This document shows, piece by piece, positions 52,405 through 62,024 of a stretch of DNA of 64,000 nucleotides. Source of the stretch: Kofleriaceae bacterium (GTDB lineage: Bacteria; Myxococcota_A; Polyangia; Haliangiales; Haliangiaceae); the NCBI GenBank assembly GCA_041389925.1, contig JAWKQX010000006.1, forward strand, positions 151,837 to 215,836, written 5' to 3'. The notes beneath the pieces are model-generated. The model saw only the letters and a list, made by a program, of their open reading frames with translations. It was not told the DNA's origin and did no database searches. Position numbers and translations under genes: made by a program. The stretch's first letter is position 1; each line of letters starts with the position of its first letter.

Positions 52405-52851
52405 TCAGCGCACCAGCCGCGCCAGCGCCGAGCGCAGCGGCTCCTCGATCGCGCGCGGCCGCTGCGTCTGGCGATCGACGAACACGTGGGTGAAGTCGCC
52501 GTACGCGCGCGCGCTCGGGTCACCGGCGAGGAAGATCGCCACCTCGTAGCGCACGCTCGAGCTGCCCAGGTGCGCGACGCGCAGCCCGCCCTCCAGCGCA
52601 TCTGGATAGGCGACCGAGGCGGCGAACGTGCACGAGCTCTGCACCACGAAGCCCAGGCTCTCGCTGCGCTGTAGATCGAGCCCGCCCTCCTCGATCAGGT
52701 AGCGGTTGATCAGGCTGTCGAACAGCGCGTAGTAGACGACGTTGTTGAGGTGACCGTAGAGGTCGTTGTCCATCCAGCGCGTCTGCAAGGCGCAGACATG
52801 CGGGTACTCGGAGCGCTGCGGCGGTGCGGGGCGGGGCGGCATCGCGTCCAT
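52405..52851 (-). CDS. hotdog-fold acyl-CoA thioesterase (4HBT/YbgC-like)
   Basis: …RWMDNDLYGHLNNVVYYALFDSLINRYL… matches the 4HBT family motif (D-x-D-x-x-G-H-V-N-N). Confidence 0.75.
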   Translation of the reverse strand: MDAMPPRPAPPQRSEYPHVCALQTRWMDNDLYGHLNNVVYYALFDSLINRYLIEEGGLDLQRSESLGFVVQSSCTFAASVAYPDALEGGLRVAHLGSSSVRYEVAIFLAGDPSARAYGDFTHVFVDRQTQRPRAIEEPLRSALARLVR

Positions 52852-53001
52852 GGTGCGCGAGGACGCCACAAAAGCCAACGTCGCCCGAGCGCCGCCAGAA
52901 GCGCCGCCGCCTCGGCCGCGGACCGCGCGACGCCAGGAGCTGGCCGCGGCGCGCTGGGCACGGTCGGCACGGTCGGACTCGCGGCGCGGTCGACGCTCGC
53001 G

Positions 53002-54450
53002 CTACGGCCCGTACAGCGTGCCCTGCGGGGCGCCCCGTTGCACCAGCTTGGTCAGCGCCGCGAGGAGCTCGACCTCGGGCGCCAGATCCGCGTCGCCCAG
53101 CGCCGCGACGTCCGCGGTGAAGCGCTCCTGGGCCGCGAGCAGGATCCGCGCGGCCGCGAGTGGATCCTCCGCGTAGACCTTCGCCGCCTGGTGCATCGCC
53201 TCCGCGGCCACCCCGAGAGCCGTGGTGCGCGCCACCGCGCGCTGCGAGAAGCCCTGGCCGCGCTCGTCGAGCGGGCCGTCGTACGAGAACGGCAGCGACT
53301 CCTCCACCGGCTGCCCGGACGGCTCAACATAGCGCAGATCGAAGTGACCGCTCAACGCGAGCGCCGGGGTGGCGGTCGGCTCCAGGGCGACCAGCAGCGC
53401 GCCCTTGCGCCTCGACAGAAACACCGACGCCGCCTTGAGGCCGACCTGGGACTCGTCGTCGGCGGCCGGGAACCCGAGGCCGCGGTTGATCCCCCAGCCC
53501 GCCGCGAGGTCCGCGTTGACCTTCAGATCGTACGCGATCGGCGTGGTGAACCATGGATAGCTCTCCTCCATGAACTCGGCGATGTGCGAGACCCTGGTCA
53601 GGCTGTAGGCGTTGGCGCCGCGTAGGCTCGCCATCGCGCGCAGCACCTCGGGGCCGATGCCCACGCCGAGCGCGAGCACGCTGGTGTGGACGTCCTGCGC
53701 CGCCGCCTCGGCCACCATGGTCTGGAACTCCGAGGGGCCGGTCGCGCCGACGTTGGGCTGGACATCGGTGAAGACGATCACCCGGACCTGGTCGGTCTGG
53801 CCGCGCGCGCTTCGGCCGAGCTGGTACGCCAGGCGCATCCCCGCCTCCATGTCCGTGGAGCCGTTGGTCCGGAGCTCATCGACCCGGCGATGCCCGAGCT
53901 CGCGCTCTCCACCCGAGGTGAGCGGCAACACCTCGGACACGTTGTCGCCGTAGGTCACCAGCGCGAGCCGATCGTCCGGCATCAGCTTGTCGATGAGCTG
54001 GTGCAGGAGCGCGCGGGACAGCTCCCCGGCCGAGGCGGAGTCCTCGCGGGGTGCGCGGCCCCAGCCCATCGATCCGGAGACATCGACGGTGAAGATGAAC
54101 GTCGTGGACGGGCGCTGCCAGGTCGCCGGTTCGATCGTCGAGGAGAGGCCGACCTGCGCCCAGCCGCGCTTGTCGCCGCCGAGCTCAGGCGCGATGCCCG
54201 CGGCGGCGCGCAGGCACAGCGTCCTCGCGCACGTCGGCCCCTCCAGTCCCAGCTCGTGCTCCGCAAACATGGCCTCCACCAGCAAGGCGTCCGGCGGCGG
54301 GACCAGCCCGGCCTCGATCAGCTCGCGCGCCAGCTTCAGGTCCTTCACGCCGCCGGGCGTGGCGCCGAGGCCCGAGTCGAACTGGTCACCGACGCAGGCG
54401 CTCACGATCAACAGAGAACAGATCGCGCAGACGGGTTTGGAGAGATGCAT
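53002..54450 (-). CDS. von Willebrand factor type A (VWA) domain lipoprotein
   Basis: Start MHLSKPVCAICSLLIVSAC (lipobox). MIDAS motif TFIFTVDVSGSM...GSTDMEAG...VIVFTD. Confidence 0.75.
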   Translation of the reverse strand: MHLSKPVCAICSLLIVSACVGDQFDSGLGATPGGVKDLKLARELIEAGLVPPPDALLVEAMFAEHELGLEGPTCARTLCLRAAAGIAPELGGDKRGWAQVGLSSTIEPATWQRPSTTFIFTVDVSGSMGWGRAPREDSASAGELSRALLHQLIDKLMPDDRLALVTYGDNVSEVLPLTSGGERELGHRRVDELRTNGSTDMEAGMRLAYQLGRSARGQTDQVRVIVFTDVQPNVGATGPSEFQTMVAEAAAQDVHTSVLALGVGIGPEVLRAMASLRGANAYSLTRVSHIAEFMEESYPWFTTPIAYDLKVNADLAAGWGINRGLGFPAADDESQVGLKAASVFLSRRKGALLVALEPTATPALALSGHFDLRYVEPSGQPVEESLPFSYDGPLDERGQGFSQRAVARTTALGVAAEAMHQAAKVYAEDPLAAARILLAAQERFTADVAALGDADLAPEVELLAALTKLVQRGAPQGTLYGP

Positions 54451-54646
54451 GGGCCCTGCTAGAGCAAGCTCGCGACCAGGCGCGGCGATAGCGATCTTGC
54501 GAGCTTCCCTGGCCTCCGATGCCCCTTCATCCACGAGAACCGGACATCCTTGTCATGGTCGAGGGACGGCGGCGAGCGCCCTTTGGGGTTTGCGTCGAGG
54601 TGGGATCTGCGTAGCCTCGCGGAGTGCCATCGCACCCGAGGTGCCC

Positions 54647-56881
54647 ATGACTCTTCGCGGCAACGTCTCCCGCTACCTCTTCGCGCCGCTCCTCCTGGCG
54701 CTCGCCGTCACCGCCTGGGCGGACCTCCGCCCGGCCCCCGCGCCGACCAAGCCGCCCGAGACCACACCTCCCCCGCCGCCAGCGCCGCCGAGCGACGCGC
54801 CGATCGCGCTCGCCGATCCGCACGCGCGCGCGGTCCACGTGCCGAGCGCCGCCACCGCGTGGGGCGGCGCGCGCACCGGGCAGGAGCCGACGCTCTCCGA
54901 TCGCGTGGTCACCTACGACATCTCCGCCACGCTCGATCCGGTCAAGCACACCATCGAGGGGAAGGAGCGCCTGACCTGGAGGAACCGCAGCGATCGCCAG
55001 GTCGGCGCCGTCTACCTTCACCTCTACCTCAACGCCTTCGCCGGCTCCGGCAGCACCTTCTTCACCGAGAAGCGCACCCTCGGGTTCGACTTTCGCAGCG
55101 ACGTCGACGTGAAGGAAGGCGAGTGGGGCCACATCGAGCTTGGGCGCGTGCAACAAGGAGATGCCCCCGTGCCGTGGACGTTCGTCCAGCCCGACGGCGG
55201 CCCTGCGACCGATCAGACGGTGGTGCGCCTGGACCTGCCGGAGCCGGTCGCGCCCGGCGGCACGCTGACGCTCGATCTGACCTTTCAGGATCAGCTCCCG
55301 CGCGTGATCGCGCGCACGGGCTACTTCGGGACGTTCCACCTCGTCGGGCAGTGGTTCCCCAAGATCGGCGTGCTGGAGCTGCCCGGCGAGCGCGGCGCCA
55401 CCGAGCCGCGCTGGAACTGCCATGAGTTCCACCTCCACAGCGAGTTCTACGCCGACTATGGACTCTTCGACGTCAAGCTGACGGTCCCCAAGGGGTTCAC
55501 CGTCGGCGCCACCGGCGAGGAGCAGGGCGAACCTGTGGAGCGGAACGGCCTGGTGACCCACCGCTTCGTGCAGGGCGACGTGCACGACTTTGCGTGGACC
55601 GCGGACTCACGCACCGCGCCGCCCCTCGTCGACACCTGGACCGGGCCAGGCAGCCCCGAGGTGAAGGTCCGCGTGCTGTTCCCGCCGGAGTATCGCGCCA
55701 GCGCCGCGCCAGCGCTTCAGGCGACCAAGGACGCGCTGACGTACTTCTCCTCCACGCTCGGTCCCTACCCGTACAAGACCGTGACGGTGGTGATCCCGCC
55801 GATGAACGCCGACGAGGCCGGCGGCATGGAGTACCCCACGTTCTTCACCGCGATCGGCATGGCGGAGGTCCCGGCGAACACGCTCGCGTCGTACGCGCTG
55901 GAGTTCGTCACCATCCACGAGTTCGGCCACGGGTACTTCTATGGGTTACTCGGCTCCAACGAGTTCGAGGAGCCCATGCTCGATGAAGGCCTCAACGACT
56001 ACTGGGACCAGCGCATGATGCGCGCGCGGGGGCAGCCCGTGCACCTGACCACGCGGTGGCTGCGCCGCCTCGGCATCGCGCCGGCCCTGGCCGGGTTCGA
56101 GGTAGAGCGCCTCACCGCCATGGTGCGCGAGCCGGGCGACGCGCTGGGCGCCAACTCGTGGGACCGGCTGTCGAGCCGCAGCTACGGCGCGGTCTACGCG
56201 CGCACCGCGACCACGATGCACGATCTCGAGGCGCACCTGGGCACCGAGGTGATGGAACGCGCGTTCAAGACCTACTACGAGCGCTGGAAGTTTCGCCATC
56301 CCAGCGCCGCCGACCTGCGCGAGACCCTGGCCGAGGTCAGCGGGCAGCGCGAGCTCGTCGAGCGCACCTTCGCGCAGCAGGTGTACGCCACCCAGAAGGT
56401 GGATGACCGCATCGAGTCACTCACCAGCGAGGAGCAGCGCCCGCAGCCGGGCACCTCGCGGGTCGAGGGCAAGTGGGTCGAGCTCACCAAGGAGGACGCC
56501 GACAAGCGGGCCCGCGCCGCCCGTGACGCCTGGGACAAGGCGCACCCGGACGCCAAGGTCGGCGGTCCGTTCCCGTACGAGACCGTCGTCACCGTGCGGC
56601 GCCTCGGCGCGGCGGTGCCACAGACGCTCGTGGTGACGTTCGCCGACGGCAGCACCCAGACGGCGCGGTGGAACGAAGATCGCCCGTGGGCTCGCTTCCG
56701 CTGGACCACGTCCGCGCGCGCCGTGTCCGCCCAGCTCGATCCCGAGCGCCAGAACCTCCTCGACGCCAACAAGCTCGACGACAGCCGCAAGCTCGAGCCA
56801 TCCTCCCGCGCCGCCCGCCGCTGGACCAGCCACGCCGCCGCGGTGGTGCAGTCGGTGGTCTCTCTCCTGGTGACGCTATGA
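54647..56881 (+). CDS. secreted M1-family-like zinc metallopeptidase (HEXXH-x18-E gluzincin)
   Basis: Signal peptide MTLRGNVSRYLFAPLLLALAVTAWA. TIHEFGHGYFYGLLGSNEFEEPMLDEGLNDY (HExxH plus downstream Glu in LNEG-like motif). Start is internal to ORF 53987..56881. About 744 aa. Confidence 0.75.
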   Translation: MTLRGNVSRYLFAPLLLALAVTAWADLRPAPAPTKPPETTPPPPPAPPSDAPIALADPHARAVHVPSAATAWGGARTGQEPTLSDRVVTYDISATLDPVKHTIEGKERLTWRNRSDRQVGAVYLHLYLNAFAGSGSTFFTEKRTLGFDFRSDVDVKEGEWGHIELGRVQQGDAPVPWTFVQPDGGPATDQTVVRLDLPEPVAPGGTLTLDLTFQDQLPRVIARTGYFGTFHLVGQWFPKIGVLELPGERGATEPRWNCHEFHLHSEFYADYGLFDVKLTVPKGFTVGATGEEQGEPVERNGLVTHRFVQGDVHDFAWTADSRTAPPLVDTWTGPGSPEVKVRVLFPPEYRASAAPALQATKDALTYFSSTLGPYPYKTVTVVIPPMNADEAGGMEYPTFFTAIGMAEVPANTLASYALEFVTIHEFGHGYFYGLLGSNEFEEPMLDEGLNDYWDQRMMRARGQPVHLTTRWLRRLGIAPALAGFEVERLTAMVREPGDALGANSWDRLSSRSYGAVYARTATTMHDLEAHLGTEVMERAFKTYYERWKFRHPSAADLRETLAEVSGQRELVERTFAQQVYATQKVDDRIESLTSEEQRPQPGTSRVEGKWVELTKEDADKRARAARDAWDKAHPDAKVGGPFPYETVVTVRRLGAAVPQTLVVTFADGSTQTARWNEDRPWARFRWTTSARAVSAQLDPERQNLLDANKLDDSRKLEPSSRAARRWTSHAAAVVQSVVSLLVTL

Positions 56882-57765
56882 CCGCTCGCTCCTCGACGTC
56901 GTACTTCTCGGTCCTGCTCCGCGCGGCCGCCGCGGCGCTGCAAGGTCGCCTGCTCGTCTTGTGGCTCGTCGGGCTCTGGCTCCCGACGGCCATCGTCTCG
57001 CTGCCGCTCTTCGCCGCGCTGCGCGCCGCGCTCGATCACTCGCTGGCGTCGGACGTGCTCGCCGTCCGGTTCGACGGCGCGCTCCTCGGCGATGTCCTCG
57101 CCAGCGTCGGCGATCAGCAGGCGCTGCCGGGCGCCGCGCTGCTCGCCGCCGCGGTGACGCTGCTGCTCTCACCGCTCCTGTCGGGCCTGGTGATCACCGC
57201 GATCCGCGGCGAGCGCCGCCTCGGCTTCGCCCAGCTCCTCCAGGGCGCCGTCGTCGAGTACGGTCCGCTGTTGCGCCTCCTGATCTTGGGCCTCGTCTTG
57301 CTCGGCGCCGCGGCCGCCGTCGGCGGCTCGCTCCTCGACGCCGCGGACCAGGCCTCGAAGCGCGCCATCGTCGAGACCGAGGTGGCCGGCAAGGCGCGCT
57401 GGGCGCTGATCGCCACGCTCGCCCTGCTCGGCCTGGTGCACGCGACGCTCGAGGCCGCGCGCGCCCAGCTCGCCGCCGACGCGGCGCTGCGCTCCGCCCT
57501 GCGCGCCTGGTGGCGCGGGGTCAAGCAGGTCGTCCGCCGCCCGCTGGCCACGCTGGGGACGTACGCCGCCTTCGGCGTCGTCGGCTACCTGGTCGTCGCG
57601 GTCCTCGGCCTCTGGCGCCTGCGCCTGCCCGCGGCATCTACCTCGGGCTTCATCCTGGCGCTCGTCGTCACCCAGCTCCTCTCGCTCGCCACCGCGTGGA
57701 TGCGCACCGCCCGCCTGTTCGCGCTCGCCCACCTCGCCCGGCCCGCGAGCGCCGCCGACCGCTGA
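56878..57765 (+). CDS. polytopic membrane protein, hypothetical (295 aa), translationally coupled to the peptidase
   Basis: ATG 56878 overlaps the peptidase stop (ATGA). At least 6 hydrophobic helices (LLVLWLVGLWLPTAIVSLPLFAAL...). Confidence 0.6.
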   Translation: MTARSSTSYFSVLLRAAAAALQGRLLVLWLVGLWLPTAIVSLPLFAALRAALDHSLASDVLAVRFDGALLGDVLASVGDQQALPGAALLAAAVTLLLSPLLSGLVITAIRGERRLGFAQLLQGAVVEYGPLLRLLILGLVLLGAAAAVGGSLLDAADQASKRAIVETEVAGKARWALIATLALLGLVHATLEAARAQLAADAALRSALRAWWRGVKQVVRRPLATLGTYAAFGVVGYLVVAVLGLWRLRLPAASTSGFILALVVTQLLSLATAWMRTARLFALAHLARPASAADR

Positions 57766-57773
57766 CGCCCGCG

Positions 57774-59243
57774 CTACTTGCGCACGTACTCGATCGTGAG
57801 CGAGCCCTGCTCCAGTGTCACCGCGCTGGCGGGGCCGGTGGCGGGCAGCGCGAAGCGCAGCCGGAGCTGCGGGCCAACGGCGAAGAACGCGCCGTCCTGG
57901 GTCGGCAAGAGCTCCACGGCGCTCTGCCCGACCGGCTTCATCGCGATGCCGTGCTCCGTCGCGGAGACCGAGACCGAGAGGATGGCCGCGATCAGCCCCG
58001 GCGACAGCTTCTGCTCGAGGAGCGCCTCCTGGCTGGCCTTGGTGAGCTCGTACTCCCCGGTCACGCGCGCCACCACCGCGAGATCGAGCACGCCGGGGAT
58101 CCACTTCGTCAACGGCCGCGCCGGGCCTCCGAGCGCGGCCTCGACCGCCGCGCGCCCGATCGGATCCGCGCTGACGTCGAGCACGTTGCTCCACGCCACG
58201 ACCACCAGATCCGCGTCGGGGACCCGCCAGTAGATCGTGCTGAAGCCATCGATGCCGCCGTTGTGCCAGACCGCGGGGTGCCCCTGGATCGACTTCACGA
58301 CCCAGGCGTAGGCGTAGTCGTTGAGCGCGGGCGCGTACAGCTTCGCGCGGGACGCCGCGCTCAGGATCGCGTCTCCGCTCAGCGCGCGGTGCCAGCGCAC
58401 CAGGTCGCTCGCCGTCGAGCGCACCCCGCCGGCGGCGTAGGGCCCGGACATGTCCATCGGGCCGCTCTGCACGAGCTGCTCGCCCTCATGCTGATAGCCC
58501 TCGGCGCGATCGGCCGCGCCCTCGGCGTCGCCGACCTCGGTGCGGGTCAACCCGGCGGGCGCGAACAGCTCCTCGGCGAGGAACGCGGCGTAGCTCCGAC
58601 CGCTGACCCGCTCGATGATCGCCCCGAGCACGTCGTAGTTGCTGTTGGAGTACGCGAAGCGGCTACCGGCGGGGAACAGCAGTGGCTTGTCCCAGAACAG
58701 CGCGAGCAGCTCGGCGGGTGTGTAGCGCTGCGCCGGGCGCGCTTGCACCTCCGGATCCGCGAGCAGGTCGGGGATGCCGCTGGTGTGGGTGAGGAGCTGG
58801 TGGAGGGTGAGCTCGCGGCCCGGCGCCGGGTACTCGGGGAGGTGCTTGCCGATCGGATCGTGGACCGAGAGCTTCCCCTGTTCCTCGAGCTTGAGGATGG
58901 CTGCGGCGGTGAACTGCTTGGTCACCGAGCCGACGCGGAACGAGGTGTCGGCCGTGGCCGGTGTCGCGCGCGCGCGATCGGCGAAGCCGTAGGCGCGGCT
59001 GAAGATCGGCTGATCGTGCTGCGCGACGAGGACGTAGCCGCTGAAGGCCTGGTTCGGATCGCCCATCGAGACGCTGTCGATGAACGCCGGCAGCTTGGCG
59101 CTCAGGCCGGCGAGGTCGACGCCGAGATCCCCGGGCGCGGGCATCGTCGTCGCCGGCGCTGGGGCCTGGGGAGCCGGCGCGGCCCCACAGCCCTGCAGCG
59201 CGAGGGCGGTGAGCGAGAGCAGCAGCCAGTGGCGCGAGGTCAT
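57774..59243 (-). CDS. serine hydrolase of the beta-lactamase / penicillin-binding-protein (class C) family, lipoprotein
   Basis: Signal/lipobox MTSRHWLLLSLTALALQGC. S-x-x-K motif (GSVTKQFTAAAIL). Y-x-N (YSNSNY). Real start is internal to the 885-aa ORF. Confidence 0.8.
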   Translation of the reverse strand: MTSRHWLLLSLTALALQGCGAAPAPQAPAPATTMPAPGDLGVDLAGLSAKLPAFIDSVSMGDPNQAFSGYVLVAQHDQPIFSRAYGFADRARATPATADTSFRVGSVTKQFTAAAILKLEEQGKLSVHDPIGKHLPEYPAPGRELTLHQLLTHTSGIPDLLADPEVQARPAQRYTPAELLALFWDKPLLFPAGSRFAYSNSNYDVLGAIIERVSGRSYAAFLAEELFAPAGLTRTEVGDAEGAADRAEGYQHEGEQLVQSGPMDMSGPYAAGGVRSTASDLVRWHRALSGDAILSAASRAKLYAPALNDYAYAWVVKSIQGHPAVWHNGGIDGFSTIYWRVPDADLVVVAWSNVLDVSADPIGRAAVEAALGGPARPLTKWIPGVLDLAVVARVTGEYELTKASQEALLEQKLSPGLIAAILSVSVSATEHGIAMKPVGQSAVELLPTQDGAFFAVGPQLRLRFALPATGPASAVTLEQGSLTIEYVRK

Positions 59244-59323
59244 GCCCTGCTGTAGCACGGTGCGCCGGTCGTCACTGCGCTCCCGCTGTGCATCGGCGCA
59301 CAGAAGAGCTCGCAAGCGCGGCG

Positions 59324-60901
59324 TCAGCGCGTGAGCGGCGCCACGCCGCTGCGCTGCGCGTTGCCGCCCCAGGTCGGCCAGCCGTCGACGGTAGGGTCCT
59401 TGGTGTCGATCGCGACGAGCCGCCCGTCGTCGGTGCCGATGTAGATCCAGCCGCCGGCGAGCACCGGCTGCGAGCGCACGCGGCCGCCCACCTGGTAGCC
59501 CTTGAGCAGCTTGCCGTTCGCCGCGTCGCGCCGCTGCACGTCGCCGCCGAGGGTCACGTACAGGATCGAGTTGCCGGCGGGCACCGGCGCCGTGGCGAGC
59601 GCGCCGCCGGCGGCCAGATCGCCGCTGACCTTCTCGCGCCACAGCACCGAGCCGGTCTCGGCGTCGGTCGCGATGACCTCGTCGCCCATGGTGTTGACGT
59701 TGCGCGCGCCCAGCCGCAGGACGCGCGAGCCCTGGAAGCCCTGCATGGACGAGACGCTCTTGACACCGACGTTCTGCGCGGCCATGCCCGCGTTCGCCGA
59801 GGCCGGCGCGCCGCCGCCGAACCCGTTGCCGGAGTCCGCCGCCGAGGCCTCCACCGCGTAGTCCGAGTCGAACTGGACCTTCTTGTCGATGTACGCGGCC
59901 TTCTTGCGCGCGGCCTTGTAGCGCGTCTTGGGCTCGTTGTGATCGGCGCGGATGATCATCTCCTCGGCGCTGCCCTGCTCCGCGTCGCCGCGGCGCGTGT
60001 AGTACATGGACTCGACGCCGTCCTGAAACTGCACGACCGGCGCGGACGTCGCGCTCGCCTTCATCGCGTAGCGGACCTTGCCGGTCGCCTGCTCGAGCTT
60101 GATCACCGTGCCCGCGAACGTCGTCACGTACACGAACTCGCCGGCCGCGACCGGCGAGCTCATCACGTCGCTGTCGAGCCAGAGCTGCCACAGCGACGTC
60201 CCCTTCTGGAGATCGAACGCGGCGAGCACGTGCGATGCGCCCGCGGGCAGGGGCTTGCCGTCCGCGGTGCCGGCCGCCGGGAACGACGTGAACACGCGGC
60301 CCCCGGCGATCGTCGGCGCGCTGGTCAGCGGGTCGCCGAGCCACCACGACCACAGGTGCTTGCCGGTGTCCGCGGCGATCGCGAAGATCGTGCACGACTC
60401 CGTGTTGATGACACAGACGCCTTGATCGCACGCCGGGTTCGAGGGCCCGTCGTCGTCGAGAGCGAGGCCCCAGACCGGCTTGCCGGTGGTGGCCTCGAAC
60501 GCGAAGAGCTGCCTGGAGTTGAAGCCGCCGGACACCAGCACCTTGCGGTCGTACACGGTGGGCGTGGTGATCATCGCCGAGCCGAACTTCACCTCGTAGC
60601 CCTGGGCCGTCTTGACCGGCTTGGGCGCCGCGCGCGCGGTGACGTGACCGGTGCGGAACGTGCTGGGCGGACGCCCCAGGTGGCTCGCGTTCATCGCCAG
60701 CACTCGATCCGTGATGATCTCGGCGTCGGGCGGCGGCCCGTCGTCAGGCTGCGGCGTCGCGGGCGCCGCGCTCGCCGGGAGCGCGGCGCTCCCCGCGCTC
60801 CCGGACGATGCGCTCGGGACCTCGCGCGGCAGCTGCGCACGGCAGCTCATGGCCGCGAGCGCGGTGAGGACCCAGGTGCCGGACGAAGCGAGAGACCTCA
60901 T
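59324..60901 (-). CDS. PQQ-like / BamB-like beta-propeller repeat protein with signal peptide
   Basis: Start MRSLASSGTWVLTALAAMSCRAQ with GGAGG Shine-Dalgarno 4-5 nt upstream. Repeated blades with …GKxLW… and …G.VY.GT.DG.L.A.D…GK..W motifs. Confidence 0.7.
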   Translation of the reverse strand: MRSLASSGTWVLTALAAMSCRAQLPREVPSASSGSAGSAALPASAAPATPQPDDGPPPDAEIITDRVLAMNASHLGRPPSTFRTGHVTARAAPKPVKTAQGYEVKFGSAMITTPTVYDRKVLVSGGFNSRQLFAFEATTGKPVWGLALDDDGPSNPACDQGVCVINTESCTIFAIAADTGKHLWSWWLGDPLTSAPTIAGGRVFTSFPAAGTADGKPLPAGASHVLAAFDLQKGTSLWQLWLDSDVMSSPVAAGEFVYVTTFAGTVIKLEQATGKVRYAMKASATSAPVVQFQDGVESMYYTRRGDAEQGSAEEMIIRADHNEPKTRYKAARKKAAYIDKKVQFDSDYAVEASAADSGNGFGGGAPASANAGMAAQNVGVKSVSSMQGFQGSRVLRLGARNVNTMGDEVIATDAETGSVLWREKVSGDLAAGGALATAPVPAGNSILYVTLGGDVQRRDAANGKLLKGYQVGGRVRSQPVLAGGWIYIGTDDGRLVAIDTKDPTVDGWPTWGGNAQRSGVAPLTR

Positions 60902-61022
60902 GATTCCTCCTCGAAGGTTGCGGACATTGGTCCGCAAACGTCCGAGCGGCGCGTTCGATCTACCTACGCGCTCGCCGCGCGCACGCGCCATTTCGCTCCG
61001 GCGCTCCGCGCGCACACGCTGC

Positions 61023-61871
61023 TCATTTGCGCAGCGGCTTGGTCGCCGGCCGCACCTTCTCCTGCAGCTTGGCCAGCGAGAACACGTAGCTGTCGCTCGC
61101 CTTGGGCTTGTGACACGCCAGGCACATGGCCTGGTTCAGCTCCGCCCGCGGCGCCTTCTCTCCGGTGAACAGCCCGTAGTTCCACGTGCCGTTGCGCAGG
61201 AGCTCCGGGATGTCCTTGCCCCAACCCGCGCGCGCCTCCATCCCGGCGAACGACTGGGCCTCGCCGACGGCATACCCGTCGCCCTCGCGGATCGGCTGCT
61301 TCTGCGCGTCGAGCTTGGCGGCGTAGTTACCGACGATGATCACGCTGCCGTTCGGCAGTGGCTTGCCGGCGCGGATCGCCGCGACCGCCGCCGCGTTGGC
61401 GTACGACCGCGACACCGCGCCCTCTTCCGCGCTGAACTCGGTGTGATAGATGATGAAGCCTCTGGGGAACGCCTTGGGGAAGGTCATCTTCGTGTTGCGG
61501 CTGGGCAGGGTCGCCGCGGGCACCTCGGCGTCGCTGCCCGCCGGCTCCTGGATCCAGAACGCCGCCAGGTTCTCCACGTCGGCGTCGCTGAGCTGCGAGG
61601 CGATCGCGTTCATCAAGCCATTCTTGCGATCGCCCTTCTTGAACGCCTTGAGCTGCCTGGTGAGGTAGCTAGCCCGCTGTCCGACGAGGCGCGGCACCTC
61701 GGAGTCCGGGTTTGCCGAGATGTGGCAGGCCTGGCAGGCGAGCGCCTTGGCCTTGCCCGCCGCGGCGTCGCCGCCGGCGAGCGCGGCGCCCGCGGGCAAC
61801 CCCAGCGCGGCCGCGCACGTGAGGGCGAGACTTGAGATCAGGATCGACTTCGAGCGTGAGCTGCGAGACAT
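61023..61871 (-). CDS. dihaem c-type cytochrome (two CxxCH motifs), secreted
   Basis: Start MSRSSRSKSILISSLALTCAAALG with AGGAG Shine-Dalgarno 5 nt upstream. CQACH and CLACH haem-binding motifs. Confidence 0.8.
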   Translation of the reverse strand: MSRSSRSKSILISSLALTCAAALGLPAGAALAGGDAAAGKAKALACQACHISANPDSEVPRLVGQRASYLTRQLKAFKKGDRKNGLMNAIASQLSDADVENLAAFWIQEPAGSDAEVPAATLPSRNTKMTFPKAFPRGFIIYHTEFSAEEGAVSRSYANAAAVAAIRAGKPLPNGSVIIVGNYAAKLDAQKQPIREGDGYAVGEAQSFAGMEARAGWGKDIPELLRNGTWNYGLFTGEKAPRAELNQAMCLACHKPKASDSYVFSLAKLQEKVRPATKPLRK

Positions 61872-62024
61872 GGGGCTCCTGTGCGGATGATGCGAGGCCA
61901 AGGCCAGCGCGTCTGGACTCGCCGCAGCTTCGCACCGGCGCGCGGCCCACGTCCCGCGCATTTGCTGGCAATCGCGCGCGCGGCGTCTCGCCTGCTGTCG
62001 CAGGGGAGGACGCGGCGCACGCGA